From contig NGBS01000034.1 in the NCBI GenBank assembly GCA_002245135.1, forward strand, positions 1 through 64,000: a DNA stretch of 64,000 nt, read 5' to 3'. Of the stretch, positions 35,240-47,989 are shown piece by piece (positions within the stretch are counted from its first letter, which is position 1; each line of letters begins with the position of its first letter). Under the pieces are notes generated by a model. The model did not search any database, was not told where the DNA came from, and saw nothing but the letters and a program-made list of their open reading frames with translations. The position numbers and the translations under genes are program-made. Source of the stretch: Proteromonas lacertae. Lineage: Eukaryota.

Positions 35240-38200
35240 TAAAGTAGATGTAATTGATTTTGGTGGTAAATTTATTAACAGATAAGCTGAAAGCGCATTT
35301 TAATAGAAAATCGAGGTTTAAGAAGTCAAAGATTAACTAGGCCCAATTATAGAGTAGAAAAAATAATATATCAAATATACAGCAGAATAGTGTTGATTTA
35401 GACTTTAGGAGAAAAAATGTATTAATTAGAAGAAAAAAAGCTCAAGCTCAAGATTTAGATATTGGTTGAAGTACTCAAATAATATCAATGGATCCTGCTT
35501 ATTTATCATTAGATATTGGTTGAAGTATCACTTACCAATGAAGGATCAATTAAACCAAATGTAATATTTACTCCACCAAGGTGAATTAGATATAGAAGAA
35601 AGTGTAACAATCGAAGTATCTTATACAAGTTCAACTCTTGGTGAATTTAGTGATCATTTTGAATTTGCATTAAAAGGAGCAACTAATAATGTGGTATTAA
35701 CAATAAAAGGACATGTAGTTGGCCCAACATTCTTCTTTAATAAGAATAAACTAGATTTTGGTATTGTAAGTTATGCATTTTTAAACTCAACTGATTTGAT
35801 ATTAAGAAATACTTCCTCTGTTCCATTTATATTCAATTTACGAGTTCCTCAAGATGGTAATTACTTAAACAAAGAATTCGAAATAATTCAAGCAGTAGCA
35901 ACAGTATTACCAGAAGGAGAAGAGAAAATCAAAATCAATTTCATATCTCAAACAATAAAAGTATATGATTATTGTTTAGCAATTGATATTGAAAGCGTAG
36001 GTGAAGCTTTATTAACAATTCCAATAAGTGCTGAATGTCGAGTAGCTGAAGTAGAATTATTAGAAGAATCATTGAAATATGGAGATTGTTATTTAAGATA
36101 TACTTATTATCGAACTTTAACATTAAAAAATAAATCCAATTTATATGCTCAATTTGAAAACAGAACAAGATGAAAGAAGTAAATCGATTGGTAGTTATTT
36201 CCCTGATCCAGCTAAAGGTGTAATTGGACCAATGGCAACTCAAATGATTCAAGTTCAATTAAATCCTGAGAAATTAGGTGATATGAGAATTCCATTATAT
36301 ATTCAAATAATTGGCAGTCAATATCCTCCATTGGTATTAGTATTAGAAGCAAATGGACTTGGACCAGTGATAAAGTCAAATTTAAATCATATAAAATTTG
36401 GTGATATAACTTGTTTAGATACTCATACAAAAGAATTTACAATAACTAATCCAGCTTCAATTCCAGCTTTTTATAAATTAGATTTTGAACGAGGATCTTA
36501 ATTTAATACTGATATAGTTGATGGTATATTACAAAGTAAAGAATCTCAAAAGATAGTAATTAGTTGCATGTTGGAAGATGTATTAGCTTATAAAGATACA
36601 ATATACATAGCAGCAACTGAAGGAGATAGTGCAAATCTTCCAGTTACAGCTAAATGTATAATAACAACAATATTTTGAGAAGATCCAGTAGATGTAATTG
36701 ATTTTGGTGATCAATTCACAAACAGAACAATCGAAAGAGATTTTTTTATTAGAAAATCGAGGTTTAAGAAGTCAAAGATTAATTTGGATAAATCAAACAG
36801 CAGCAGAAAAAGAAAAATCTTTTAAAGCCAATAAATCAAAGATGGAAAGTGAAATGAATTCAAACCTTATGAAGCTATATTTACAATAACTCCCAATGCA
36901 ATCGAATTAAAACCCAATACTGCTTGAAATTTTGTAACATCTGGAAGTTGTGAAAAACCCTGTGAAGTGATGGAAATGTTTTCTTGTTTGAGGAAATTTG
37001 ATGGAGAAATAAGAAATAATGAAGCAAAAGAAACCGAAGTAAAAGTGAACTTTATGAATCCATTAATTCAATGTTCTGAAGAGAAAATCGAAGTTCAAAG
37101 TAAGACAGTTGTATTTAAGAATATATCAACTTTGAGTTTAGATGTGATAATAAGTATAGCAGCTCCATTATTATTGAGTATGAATGAATTCCATTTAGAT
37201 CCAAATGAATCAACGAATGTGACAGTGGAATTTGATCCAAATTATAAAGATGATAAAATCTCATGTAAAATAAATGGAATATTGAATATAAGATATGAAG
37301 ATCATCCTCAGAAAGATTCAATTCCATGTGTAGCTGATGTTGCCTTTCCCAATTTATGGTTATCTCAGAATGATTTTGATTTTGAACTGAAAATCGTCGA
37401 ACAATTCCTTGTCCTTATCATTGGGAATTAGAAATAGATGAAACTGAAAATCAAACATCTCCAATCAATGAAGTATTTGAAATCACTCCAATTCAAGGTA
37501 TTTTATAACTAGGTGAATGTAAAGAAATGGAATTGAGATATTCTGGAATGCCGCATGTATTATCAAGAGCATTGGGTAAATGTTATGTAGATGGAGGACC
37601 AGTTTATAATATCAAAATGAAAGGTGAAAGTTCTGTAGTATCTTATAGATTGGATAAACAACATATTGATTTTGGTAGAATTCCTTATATGAAAGTAAAA
37701 GAAAGAGATTTTCATATATTTAATACAGGTTCAGTAGATTTTCCATTTAAAATCTCAACTGATAGTGTATCTCGACCTGGTTTAGTTGGTGTTTCACCAT
37801 GTAATGGATTAATTCCATCTCATGATCAACAAAGAATCTCTGTTAAAATGAGAGTAGGAATTCTAGATTCAGTAATAGAGAAATTAGTAATAGAAATAGC
37901 TCATTATGTTCCAATAGATTTTCTACTTTATATAACAGGTATTTATGCAAATATCAAAGCGAATGATGCTGAATACCAGATAATTGGGAATATTACTTAG
38001 AAGAAGCTGATAGATTGATTGAATTATCCAATACAGAACATCCATTATCATTCCCAGCTTTACCATCACCAATCAAACAACAACCATCTTTACCTGAAGT
38101 AGTGGAATCTTCAATAGATGAAAGTAATAATAACACTATTATAAATACTGAAGGAGAAGAAGCAAGACAACAACAACAGCCAGAACAACCGGTTGTAGCT

Positions 38201-39990
38201 GAAAAGCCAATAATTGTAGATGGAGTTCCAGTTAATTCATCAACACATGGTTAAAAGAATTACCACCAGAACCAAAAATAGAAGGAGAATTAGCACCACA
38301 TAGTGAAGAACCAACAATAGCAAATACAAATGCAGAAGAAGAAAAATGTAAAGAAAAAGAAAAAGATGAAAACAAGAAACAGTGATCTGCAAGAGTAAAT
38401 AGTCAAAAATCAGTTTCTGTCAGAAGTAAGAATTCATAACAGAATGATAATAAAATACCATCTCCACTTAAAATGATGACAAATACGAACAAATTACCTT
38501 CAGGAAAGAATACAACAGTATTACAAATCACAGTTGATAGAGAATTTGAAGCATTAAGATTATATTATATTAATTTATTATTAGATGAAATAAACAATCA
38601 AAATCCTGCTGATTTATGTTTAGCTCGTAAAGAGAAAAAATTAAATGGAACATCAATAAATGGTTCAAAAAGTGAAGGAGTAGTTGATAAAACCACAACA
38701 ACACCTGAAACTGGTTTAACAAATATCAGTAATAAAACAGGCAAAACAACAAAAATGGCGAATAAGAAAATATCTAATTTACATTTAGGTTGTAGTAGAT
38801 TTTGGTAATGTAGTTCGAATTGATTGCAAGACGAAGACATTTACAATAACTAACATAGGTAATTTACCAGTGAATTTCGGAATAGAAAGAAGAACTTTAA
38901 AAGAGAGTGGATATACATTAACTCCAGATGAAGTGAAAAGATTACCAGAAAGTTCAACAGTGACATTTACAGCTAGTTTTACAGCGAAATCTGATTTGCC
39001 TTATGGAAGATATGATTTAGCAATTCCAATCAAAGTACAAGGAGTACCAACTTATTGTATAATATAAAGATTATAATGTAATTCAAACTGAAGTAAGAAA
39101 TGTAGGTGATAAATTGGCAGTGGAATTACCACCACCTGAAGAACCAGAACCAGTAGTAGAAGAAAGATCAGCTTTACCTGATCCAAAGAAAGGAGGAAAA
39201 AGAAGTAAATCAATTGATAAGAAAGGAGATAAAAACTCATAGAAAGGTAAAAAAGAAAAACCACCACCACCTCCTCCTCCACCATTTGGAGTTGGTTTAT
39301 TATGTGATATAATCAATAACAATGGTGAAAGTGATATTGATATAATGATTCAAGAAATCAAAGAAACAGTTCCATTGTTTAATACATATGGAGATTGGAA
39401 AGTTCCACCTCCAGTAGTATTCCAATTAGTTAAGATGCAAATTCCAAGAAAACCCTTAATACCAACAAGTAATTATAAATTAATAGTGAAAATAATGCCA
39501 CAAGATGGAAATTAGAACCTGATGAAGAATTGCCATTAAAAGTGACATTTGAATAATTAGAAACTGATAAATTTAACTATTGTTTCCCCTTTGAGATAGT
39601 TAATAAAGATAAATCGTATGAAGTTCCAATCAGTGGTATTTGTGATTATCCAAAAATTAATCAAAATCCGAAAGATATATTTATGAAATCAATAAAACAA
39701 AAGAATGAACAACAAATAATAAGTAAGAGATAAATAAAGAACAAAGGATATTATGAATTTGGTCAATTATTAATAGGCAAAAACATAAATATGAGATAAA
39801 ACAATCCATCTTTAAAAGCTAGTAATTGTGAAACAATTTAATTCAGTAATAATGGAATGTTTTCTACAACAGTTGATTTGTCAATGAAAAATGATGATGG
39901 AATATTCACAATAGAACTAATCCAAATCGATATTGAAGTAGGTGAAACTCAAACAGTAGATACTGGGGCATTTCCAGTAGAAAATATTCA
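35240..39990 (+). pseudogene. HYDIN: HYDIN (axonemal central-pair protein) fragments
   Basis: LTIKGHVVGPTFFF..LDFGIVSY, VDGGPVYNIKMKGES, DYPKINQNPKDIF and EFGQLLIGK match HYDIN ASH/Ig-like regions; many stops, frameshifts and internal deletions. Confidence 0.85.
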
Positions 39991-40313
39991 ATAAACAAAA
40001 GTTGAATGAAAAGATAGAAGAATTATTAAATACTAAGATGTTATTCAAACTACCCATTACTCCATATCCCATATTTATACAATTTATAAACGTATAAGAG
40101 ACTTTGTTTATGAAAATTCTAGTATATTATGAAGTGATTGATAATTTCAAAGAGAGTTTAATATTAATTCAAAACTTTAAAGATAATTGCAATAACCAAG
40201 ACATTTACATTAGATAATATCTTTATAATGAATTTAGCAAGATTTGAAGATCATTATGATGAGATAGTAGTTGGTGCCCAAGATGAAGCAAAGATTTAAA
40301 ATATGCATGTAAA

Positions 40314-41066
40314 ATGGTAAATAGAAAAGAAACTAGTGTTGCATCAATTACATATGATGATCACACTCATGAAAGATTGTTGTTTGTAAAGAAAATTAAA
40401 GGATATAATGATATTGGTCATGTAAGATTCTATGGACAACATCAACAACCGAAATATGAAGCAAATTGTAAAGAATTGGTGAGTCATTTAAATATTAACA
40501 ATCAACTAAAAGGCCATGAATTCCGGTTTTTATTACATTATATTTCCAACAACAATAAAAATGTTGTTGATCCTGGTGTTGTATTTTTAAATGAAAAGCA
40601 AAAGGATAATGAAAAAAAGATAAGTGAAAAAGGAATTTATTATTTTCCAGTATGTGATCCAAATCAAAGTCATTGGAGTTTATGGGAAGTAGATTATGTT
40701 CCTAATGACTATATGATGTTTAGAATATATGACAGTTTAGCAATTTATATGAACAAAGAACCAAGAAATATAGTTACAAAGAATATTAAACAACCCTTTC
40801 ATTCTTGCAATCGTGAATTAGAATCATATGAAATAGTAGAAACAAAAGTTCATCAAACAGATGCTGTAACTTGTGGATATTACTGTTTATTCTTTCTTGG
40901 AGCAAGATTGAATAATTTGGAAATAACAAAGATTCAAAATATAGAAAGTTTTAATATAAAATACTTCTATGATGATTTAATTGAAGGTATAGAAAGTTTA
41001 AATAACGAAGAAAAAGGGAAATTGTTTTACATTTACAACAAAAAAAACATTTATAGATTTAAATAA
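40314..41066 (+). CDS. Ulp1/C48-like cysteine protease domain, catalytic residues intact
   Basis: SHWSL, IYDSL, HQTDAVTCGYY. Confidence 0.75.
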   Translation: MVNRKETSVASITYDDHTHERLLFVKKIKGYNDIGHVRFYGQHQQPKYEANCKELVSHLNINNQLKGHEFRFLLHYISNNNKNVVDPGVVFLNEKQKDNEKKISEKGIYYFPVCDPNQSHWSLWEVDYVPNDYMMFRIYDSLAIYMNKEPRNIVTKNIKQPFHSCNRELESYEIVETKVHQTDAVTCGYYCLFFLGARLNNLEITKIQNIESFNIKYFYDDLIEGIESLNNEEKGKLFYIYNKKNIYRFK

Positions 41067-41152
41067 TCTCATTTTCTTTAAAAATTCTAAAAAATATCTT
41101 TATATAATTACAATGCGTTTGTTAGGCACACACATCCACATAACATAAAAAC

Positions 41153-41713
41153 CAATTTTGGAAAAAGATTTGAGTTGAATGTTGTTTCAACTTATTTTCT
41201 GATTTCAATTTTGTTATATTTGTTAATAATATATTATGATTATCTCATATATGAAATATTATGATTATCTCATATATGAAATATTATGATTATCTCATAT
41301 ATGAAATATGAGAAATCAAAAGTGTCTCCTAGACAAACGGCGTGAGAAGATTTAGAAATACGCCGTTTGTCTAGGAGACATTTTTCACTTCTCAATTTTC
41401 TTCTGTAACTTATGTGTATCATTTCATAATCATTGATACTATTACATAAAACAAAAAACAATTTTGGAAAAAGATTTGAGTTGAATGTTGTTTCAACTTA
41501 TTTTCTGATTTCAATTTTGTTATATTTGTTAATAATATATTATGATTATCTCATATATGAAATATGAGAAATCAAAAGTGTCTCCTAGACAAACGGCGTG
41601 AGAAGATTTAGAAATACGCCGTTTGTCTAGGAGACATTTTTCACTTCTCAATTTTCTTCTGTAACTTATGTGTATCATTTCATAATCATTGATACTATTA
41701 CATAAAACAAAAA
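41153..41713. repeat. Tandem duplication (~306 and ~256 bp units), each unit with a 21 bp inverted repeat; a 25-mer occurs 3 times in unit 1
   Basis: Units start at 41153 and 41459; ATATTATGATTATCTCATATATGAA is present 3 times versus once. Confidence 0.9.
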
Positions 41714-42863
41714 TCAACACATATATTATAATTTTGTAAATTATACAAAAGAAGCTAAGTGTTAAAAATATATTGTAATTGGCTATTCACTGAAATGAAT
41801 GATATTTATAGAAGGCTTGTCGCGCGATAGAGAAATCTGCGCGATAAAGGAGTTATAAACTTTTATGAAAAAGTTGCATTATAATCGTAATATATGTCCT
41901 ATGTTTTAAGTATATATATTGTTAGTTTGTTATATAAACTACTTTTTTTGACATATAAAAACTGTCATAATATGAAAAGAAAACACTATTATTAAATAGT
42001 AAAATTGACTTGTATATTAAATATAATATTAATTTTATTAGATGATGCATCGAAAAAATGTATCAGTTACTGGAATTAAGAATTATACTCTTTGAATTAT
42101 TTTTTCAATTTTCAAATTTTTTCTCAAGCTCTTTTCTTTTTTTGTAATTCTAAAAGTATATGTTTAGATTATTGTAATATAAGAATATTATTAAATTGTA
42201 GATGTGATTGTTTTGTGTTTAGGTCTTATATCAAGCGTAAATATCAAGTATCTTGAAATCTAAGCGCAATGAGCGTATATTACCAGGGAAAAAATATAGA
42301 AAAATTGAATATACTATAATATAGAGATATAATATATTTTAGTCTATTATGTAATTAAGCATTAAAGAAAAATTTTAAATTTGATGTCAAGCACATCTCA
42401 AACTTTTCAAATTTATATCTTATAAAATGTAAGTCTATATATATATATATATATATTTGTTATTTGATATATTTGTATCTGAAAGGAATTCACATCAAAT
42501 ATGGTAATATATTCTGTAATTACTCTAGTGGGGTTATGCTGTTTAAGGCGTTAGTCTATTCACGTTAAATGAAGAAAACTACACCATATAATCCATCAAA
42601 CTGATAGTTGCAATTATCATTCCTAGATTTATGTTATTATATGAACATGAGAGATCCAGAAACAAAAACATGGGAAGATTGAATATTATCAGACAATTTG
42701 AGTAATTTTATTGGTAAAATAACAATTTACTCATTATTTAGGTTATGCAAGAAAATGTGATTGAAATCTACAAAATTGTTCTAATCTTTATTAGCCTTTA
42801 TATCTTTTATTTACATATTATTCTATATTTATAATTAGGTCATCTGATGAAGATCTTGATACA

Positions 42864-44054
42864 TTGCTTAGAGCTGATCATGTCAAACACTATTACGAAG
42901 AAATAGATAAATTATGCTTAAGTGACAAATATTTGAATAACATTAATTATTACAAACTTAAAAAGTATAAAGTCGAGAATAATAAACTCTACTTCGAAGA
43001 TAAGTTGGTAGTGAAATTGGAAGAAAGTTTTGATATATTGGATGATATTCATAGATCTCATGGGCATAGAAGAGAGCGTTTCATGATGCAATATATAAAT
43101 TGTGATGCAAAATATTTTGGTATAACAAGAGACATGATTAGGATCTATTTAAATGCATGTGCTGTTTGTCACAAAATTAAGAAGATTAGTCGTAGTAATC
43201 CAATGCAACCAATCATATCTCATGCACCAAGAGAAAGGATACTGATTGATTTAATAAATATGAGCAAATATCATTCAAGTGTAAAATTTCTTTTATCTAT
43301 TATTGATCATTATAGTAGTTTTATTATGATTTATTGTCAAAAGACAAAAAGTGCCAAAGAAACAGCAGAAAATATTAAAAGTTATATACGAATTTTCGGT
43401 GCCCCATCAATTATTCAATCTGATAACGGACCTGAGTTTGTCAACAGTATATTGAATGAATTAATTGCAGATTATCATACCAAAAAGATAACAAGCTCGC
43501 CTTACCATCCTCAAACAAATGGTAAGGTTGAACGTTATAATCAAGTTATAGAACGCTTAGTAGATGGTTACTTATCTGAAAATGAGGGTCATGAATGGAC
43601 AGAATTTATAGAAAATATAATTGAAGATATGAATACTTCGATTTCTTCAACAACACATTCCAAGCCAAGAAGTCTTTTTTTTATGGATGTAGAAGAACTA
43701 CAAAAAGAAAACCCAAAATTATTTTACAATATAAGTAATAATAATATAGATTATGGTTATAACATTGACAATGAAGAAATAAATGATGAAAAAATAAATA
43801 AAGATATTAATAGGAATAAGTCAGTAATAGATAATATCAAACAATCTGTTAATATTAGAATAGAGAAAAAAAATAGTAAGATGGTAATGAATTCGATTAA
43901 AAAGTTGAGTGAAAAAGTATCAAACCCCCAGCATGGCAATGCAATTGTTTTTACTAAGAAAATAAAAAATCAAAAAGATAAAAATGAGTTCAGAATTATC
44001 AAAAAGAACAAAAATAATGATTCATTATATGCAGTGTATAGATTTGTATTTTAA
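42864..44054 (+). CDS. Gypsy-like integrase/transposase (H2C2 zinc domain plus DDE)
   Basis: IHRSHGH...CAVC; ILIDLI; QSDNGPEF; SSPYHPQTNGKVERYN. Confidence 0.92.
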   Translation: MLRADHVKHYYEEIDKLCLSDKYLNNINYYKLKKYKVENNKLYFEDKLVVKLEESFDILDDIHRSHGHRRERFMMQYINCDAKYFGITRDMIRIYLNACAVCHKIKKISRSNPMQPIISHAPRERILIDLINMSKYHSSVKFLLSIIDHYSSFIMIYCQKTKSAKETAENIKSYIRIFGAPSIIQSDNGPEFVNSILNELIADYHTKKITSSPYHPQTNGKVERYNQVIERLVDGYLSENEGHEWTEFIENIIEDMNTSISSTTHSKPRSLFFMDVEELQKENPKLFYNISNNNIDYGYNIDNEEINDEKINKDINRNKSVIDNIKQSVNIRIEKKNSKMVMNSIKKLSEKVSNPQHGNAIVFTKKIKNQKDKNEFRIIKKNKNNDSLYAVYRFVF

Positions 44055-44701
44055 TAATTAACATAGTAACAAAGATAACGAAATAAGATTGACTAATTCA
44101 TCGGCAGTGGAAGTCATTCCTATATCAACTGATCTTCAAGAAAAACTAAAAAGAAAAATGGATATTCAATTAGTATTATTATTATTATTTTATTAAATAG
44201 GTCAATCCTCAGAAAAAGAAAAGAAAAACTGATACATACCTAAAAATTATATCAGATATCATTAGACATCCTTCTAAAAATACAGTTTATAGCATATTTG
44301 GAAAAATTACCTCTGAATATGATGGTAAAGATACTTTAACTGAAGAACAATTAGAAAATGTGATAAGAGTAAGAGATAAAATAGGAAAAAAGGAGTTAAA
44401 TATCTATCAGATATGGTATATACTTCAATTATATGATTTTAATGACATTAATCTATTAAGTAACAATATGTTATTATATATTAATAAAAGTATGAGCATA
44501 TTAATTAAATCACATCGATGCTATTTAATTATGATAGAAAAGGATAAAGGGATGATTAAATAATATGATTCAATTAATACATATGACTATAATACAGATC
44601 TTAAATATATATCCTCATATATATCAAATCTAAGTAAATATGAAATAAATATAATAAATGTTAGGAACAATTTTCCAGAAGCCACAGATATTGCTGCTAC
44701 T

Positions 44702-45598
44702 GTGACATTTATGATTATGAATTCTGATTACAACAATATTGAAGTATTGGAGTTAGATGTTATTCTAATGAGCGATTTGCTAAGAGAATATATCTCTAAA
44801 CTATTAGAATATAAATCTTACAGACTGAAGTTGTCCTGTTTTTACGTCAATATACATGATGATGATGATGGTGATTCTCTATTCTATTCACGCAATGAAG
44901 AAAATACATTAAATTTTGTCAGATTAATTATAAATCCATACAATTATAATACAATATCACTAAAAGGTAAACAAAAGAACTGTTTCTTAAGACAATTTAA
45001 TATTATAGTTAATCATCTATTATTAAAAGAGAGATTAAAATCGGAAGATCTAGTGTTTTATATATACTTCATTAATCAGTGTAATGATAATGTAATAGAT
45101 CCAGGTAATATATATAAAAGTGATGAACAATTACGTTTATTAAGTAAAATAAAGAAAGATGGTATATATTTTTTCCCAGTATGCGACAAAGATTATCAAC
45201 ATTGGTCGTTATTTGAAGTGAAATATAACAGTAATAAATATATTAAATATTATATCTATGACAGCTTAAACATTTATAGAGGGGATTATAATGATGCAAG
45301 AGATAATATTATCTATAGAATATACAGATTTTTTGAGAGTAACATAGAATTAAGTTACCAAATTATGGAAACTAATGTGAAACAAAGTAATCGTGATAAA
45401 GTAAATTATGGGTATTACACCCTCTTTTATTTGGGATGTAGAATGAAAAACATAAGGATTGATGAAATACAGAATATAGAGAGTTTTAATATTAATTATT
45501 TTATAGAAGATTTATTCTCTGCTATGAGTAAACTGACTATGGAAGAAAAAGCTAAGTTTTACAAGAATTACCAAAAGAATACCTTACATAGTTTTTAA
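44702..45598 (+). CDS. Ulp1/C48-like protease domain with catalytic Cys replaced by Tyr
   Basis: QHWSL, IYDSL, QSNRDKVNYGYY versus QTDAVTCGYY in the paralog. Confidence 0.7.
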   Translation: MTFMIMNSDYNNIEVLELDVILMSDLLREYISKLLEYKSYRLKLSCFYVNIHDDDDGDSLFYSRNEENTLNFVRLIINPYNYNTISLKGKQKNCFLRQFNIIVNHLLLKERLKSEDLVFYIYFINQCNDNVIDPGNIYKSDEQLRLLSKIKKDGIYFFPVCDKDYQHWSLFEVKYNSNKYIKYYIYDSLNIYRGDYNDARDNIIYRIYRFFESNIELSYQIMETNVKQSNRDKVNYGYYTLFYLGCRMKNIRIDEIQNIESFNINYFIEDLFSAMSKLTMEEKAKFYKNYQKNTLHSF

Positions 45599-46190
45599 AT
45601 CTCAGTAACGATATAATAATTACCTCATTCATAATCACTTTTGTTTTACAATATCGTTATTACAGTTTAAAAATGAAATAATAACATATAATATCTAATT
45701 AATATATTGAATTACAATAATTAACAATAATTAACGACTTTATAAACATTGATAATCATAAACAAAAGTTTATTTGTAATATAAATAATAGAGAAAATAA
45801 TAAATATATAAGAAAATAGCAAATTTGAAATTTTCTTTTTACTTCCTCTATTATTTGATTAAACACTTTGAATAGGAAAATAAGAATAACAAGATATTAT
45901 TACAATAGAAAATTCATAAATGAACTATTCTAATGATATTATTACAGAATTGTAAAAATGATACTTACAACTATTTATAACTCATCTTTTTTATTTACCT
46001 AATAAGTATGTTACTACAATATTAATCTACACATATATTTAGAAGTACTAAAATATTTCTTAGTAAAACGAAATTTTAATTTTTGAACAAAAATATGGGG
46101 GTAAAAAATAAAAGGAATTTGATCTTATTTTTTAAATTTTCTCAACATCAAAATTGATTTATATAATAATATTTCATAATATACATAGTT

Positions 46191-46933
46191 AAATTAGCAA
46201 CAGATATTGCATCTAAAGTTGTTATACCACCTTCATCAATTTTACCTGAAGATAAAGAAGATATAACATCAAGTATAATAACTAGTATAAATAGTAATAC
46301 TACTAAAGAAGTAAATACAAAAAATTAGAATTAGAAGAATATTTGAAATCAATAAAAGATATAATCAATAAACAAGTACTTGTACTATGTGATTCAATTA
46401 ATAATACAGTTAATTACATACCTCGAAATATAGTACCAAAACCTTATTGTTTGCATAAGCAACATACATCTTATACTGTGAAAAAAAGAATTAATGGTAT
46501 ATGGGATAGTGATGATAAAACATTTAAAATACCTACTAAAATAGAAATGTTTGAAAACTTTATGAAGATTAAATTATATGATGGTTTTACATGTAATTAT
46601 GAAGGATGTGATGGTCATGAATTATATCTTGAACCTCAAAATTTTATAAAAGCTGAGCCTGGTAGAGAAGGTTTATTACAACAATACTATAATAAAGTAT
46701 TACAAATATACAATGGGAAATCATTCCCTATAAGAGCTACAAATGACAAAAATACATATCATACATTAACTAATAGAACTTATTTTGAAATAAATCATGT
46801 ATTGCAGAATGATAATAATCGACCTAATTTACATATAATAGTAAATGGTTACCCTCAACAAGATTATTTAGCAATACCAAGACAAACATTCTTCACAGAC
46901 TATATAGATACAGGTGTTACAGATTTCTTCTAA
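46191..46933 (+). pseudogene. 5'-truncated, frameshifted paralog of viral gene 59948-60775
   Basis: KLATDIASK versus KLAKDIADK; MFENFMKIKLYDG versus MFEHFMRIKIYDG; IKAEPG; DTGVT. Confidence 0.75.
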
Positions 46934-47102
46934 TTTTTATTATGATTATTTTATTATGTTTATTATAAAATTTATTATATTTTTATTATATTATGTGATT
47001 TTTATTAAATTACGCATATTTTTAAACCCTGTCCCAAATCATTTTAAGATAAAGATTCGTTTTTAAAATTTAGACTATATTTATCGTAGTTTGATCATTG
47101 TT

Positions 47103-47357
47103 TCATATAACTTCTTCTTGTACTTCTTCTTCCTCATCATCATCACTATCATTAAATATATAATTCATCTTTACATAATGTTTCAACATAGGATTCTTCT
47201 TCAAATGAACACTTCCCATTCCTTCAGGCAGTGTTAACCACTCTGTATACTTATCGAACATTGCAAAATAATGTCTATTTAATCCTCTTGGTTTTATTGA
47301 TGGTTTAATATCGAAAAGCATCATATAATATCTCTTATCACTGTACTTAGTCCATAT
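47103..47357 (-). CDS. Small acidic-tailed protein or exon, near-identical to 59526-59810
   Basis: WTKYSDKRYYMMLFDIKPS...LKHYVK shared. Confidence 0.55.
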   Translation of the reverse strand: MWTKYSDKRYYMMLFDIKPSIKPRGLNRHYFAMFDKYTEWLTLPEGMGSVHLKKNPMLKHYVKMNYIFNDSDDDEEEEVQEEVI

Positions 47358-47989
47358 CTATTAATGACAAATAGCACAAAATTCATTATAAGACTTTATC
47401 TCTTCCTTTGGTAATGGACTATCTAAAACTGCACTTATGTTATGGTTAAAATATAAGTAAAACTTACATGTTCCACATATACACTTATCTTAATAATCTT
47501 CATTTTTTCTAAATGAACAAAAGAAAGGTTTTTCTAAAATGCCAGGAAAATCAAAACTGTTTCTTTTTTCTGTTTATAACAACAGCTTCACGTCAGAATT
47601 TCGATTTAGTAAAACATATAGAATACTGTAGATAATTCTTTAAATATATATTTTTGACACTATTTAAATTCTTTTGAATGTTTTTAAATACACTATATAA
47701 ATCCATTAATAAATTGATAAATGAAAAAAATAACTAAATAAGTAAGAACGCATTCTGTAGCTTGGCCACCACACTATTTAATCACTAAGTCCTAGCTAGG
47801 CTACACAGGACACACTACTTACTTACATACAAATATATTTCTTATTATATAAAGTAGCTACCCTGCACAGGTAGCTACCTATCTATTTATACACTTTATT
47901 TCTACTATCCTACGCTACATATTATTAAAAATACATTTTATAATTACGCCCATAAAAATATTCAAAACTGTTTTATATATATACACGCT

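Larger units (their letters stand above)
34618..41343 (+). mobile_element. Ginger-like derivative carrying HYDIN fragments and an Ulp1-like protease
   Basis: Begins with a MITE-family-like terminus TGTTGTGCGCCG; 5' region homologous to that of the integrase element (CAGTTAC..GGAATTAAGAATTATAC; AAAATGTAAGT+(TA)n); 3' protease paralogous to 44702-45598; right boundary uncertain. Confidence 0.6.
41616..45600 (+). mobile_element. Ginger-like DNA transposon (integrase plus Ulp1-like domain); right end not seen
   Basis: H2C2-rve integrase without RT or gag, followed by a C48-like domain; left subterminal motif related to the MITE TIR; probable introns. Confidence 0.65.

Noticed and set aside
41153..41713. 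CRISPR-like array
   Set aside because: The 25-mers are contiguous with no unique spacers, there are no cas genes, and the context is eukaryotic
41270..41720. Twin 63 aa ORFs on the minus strand
   Set aside because: By-products of the tandem duplication across a palindrome; no coding signal
42864..44054. LTR retrotransposon
   Set aside because: No gag, aspartic protease, RT, RNase H or LTRs nearby
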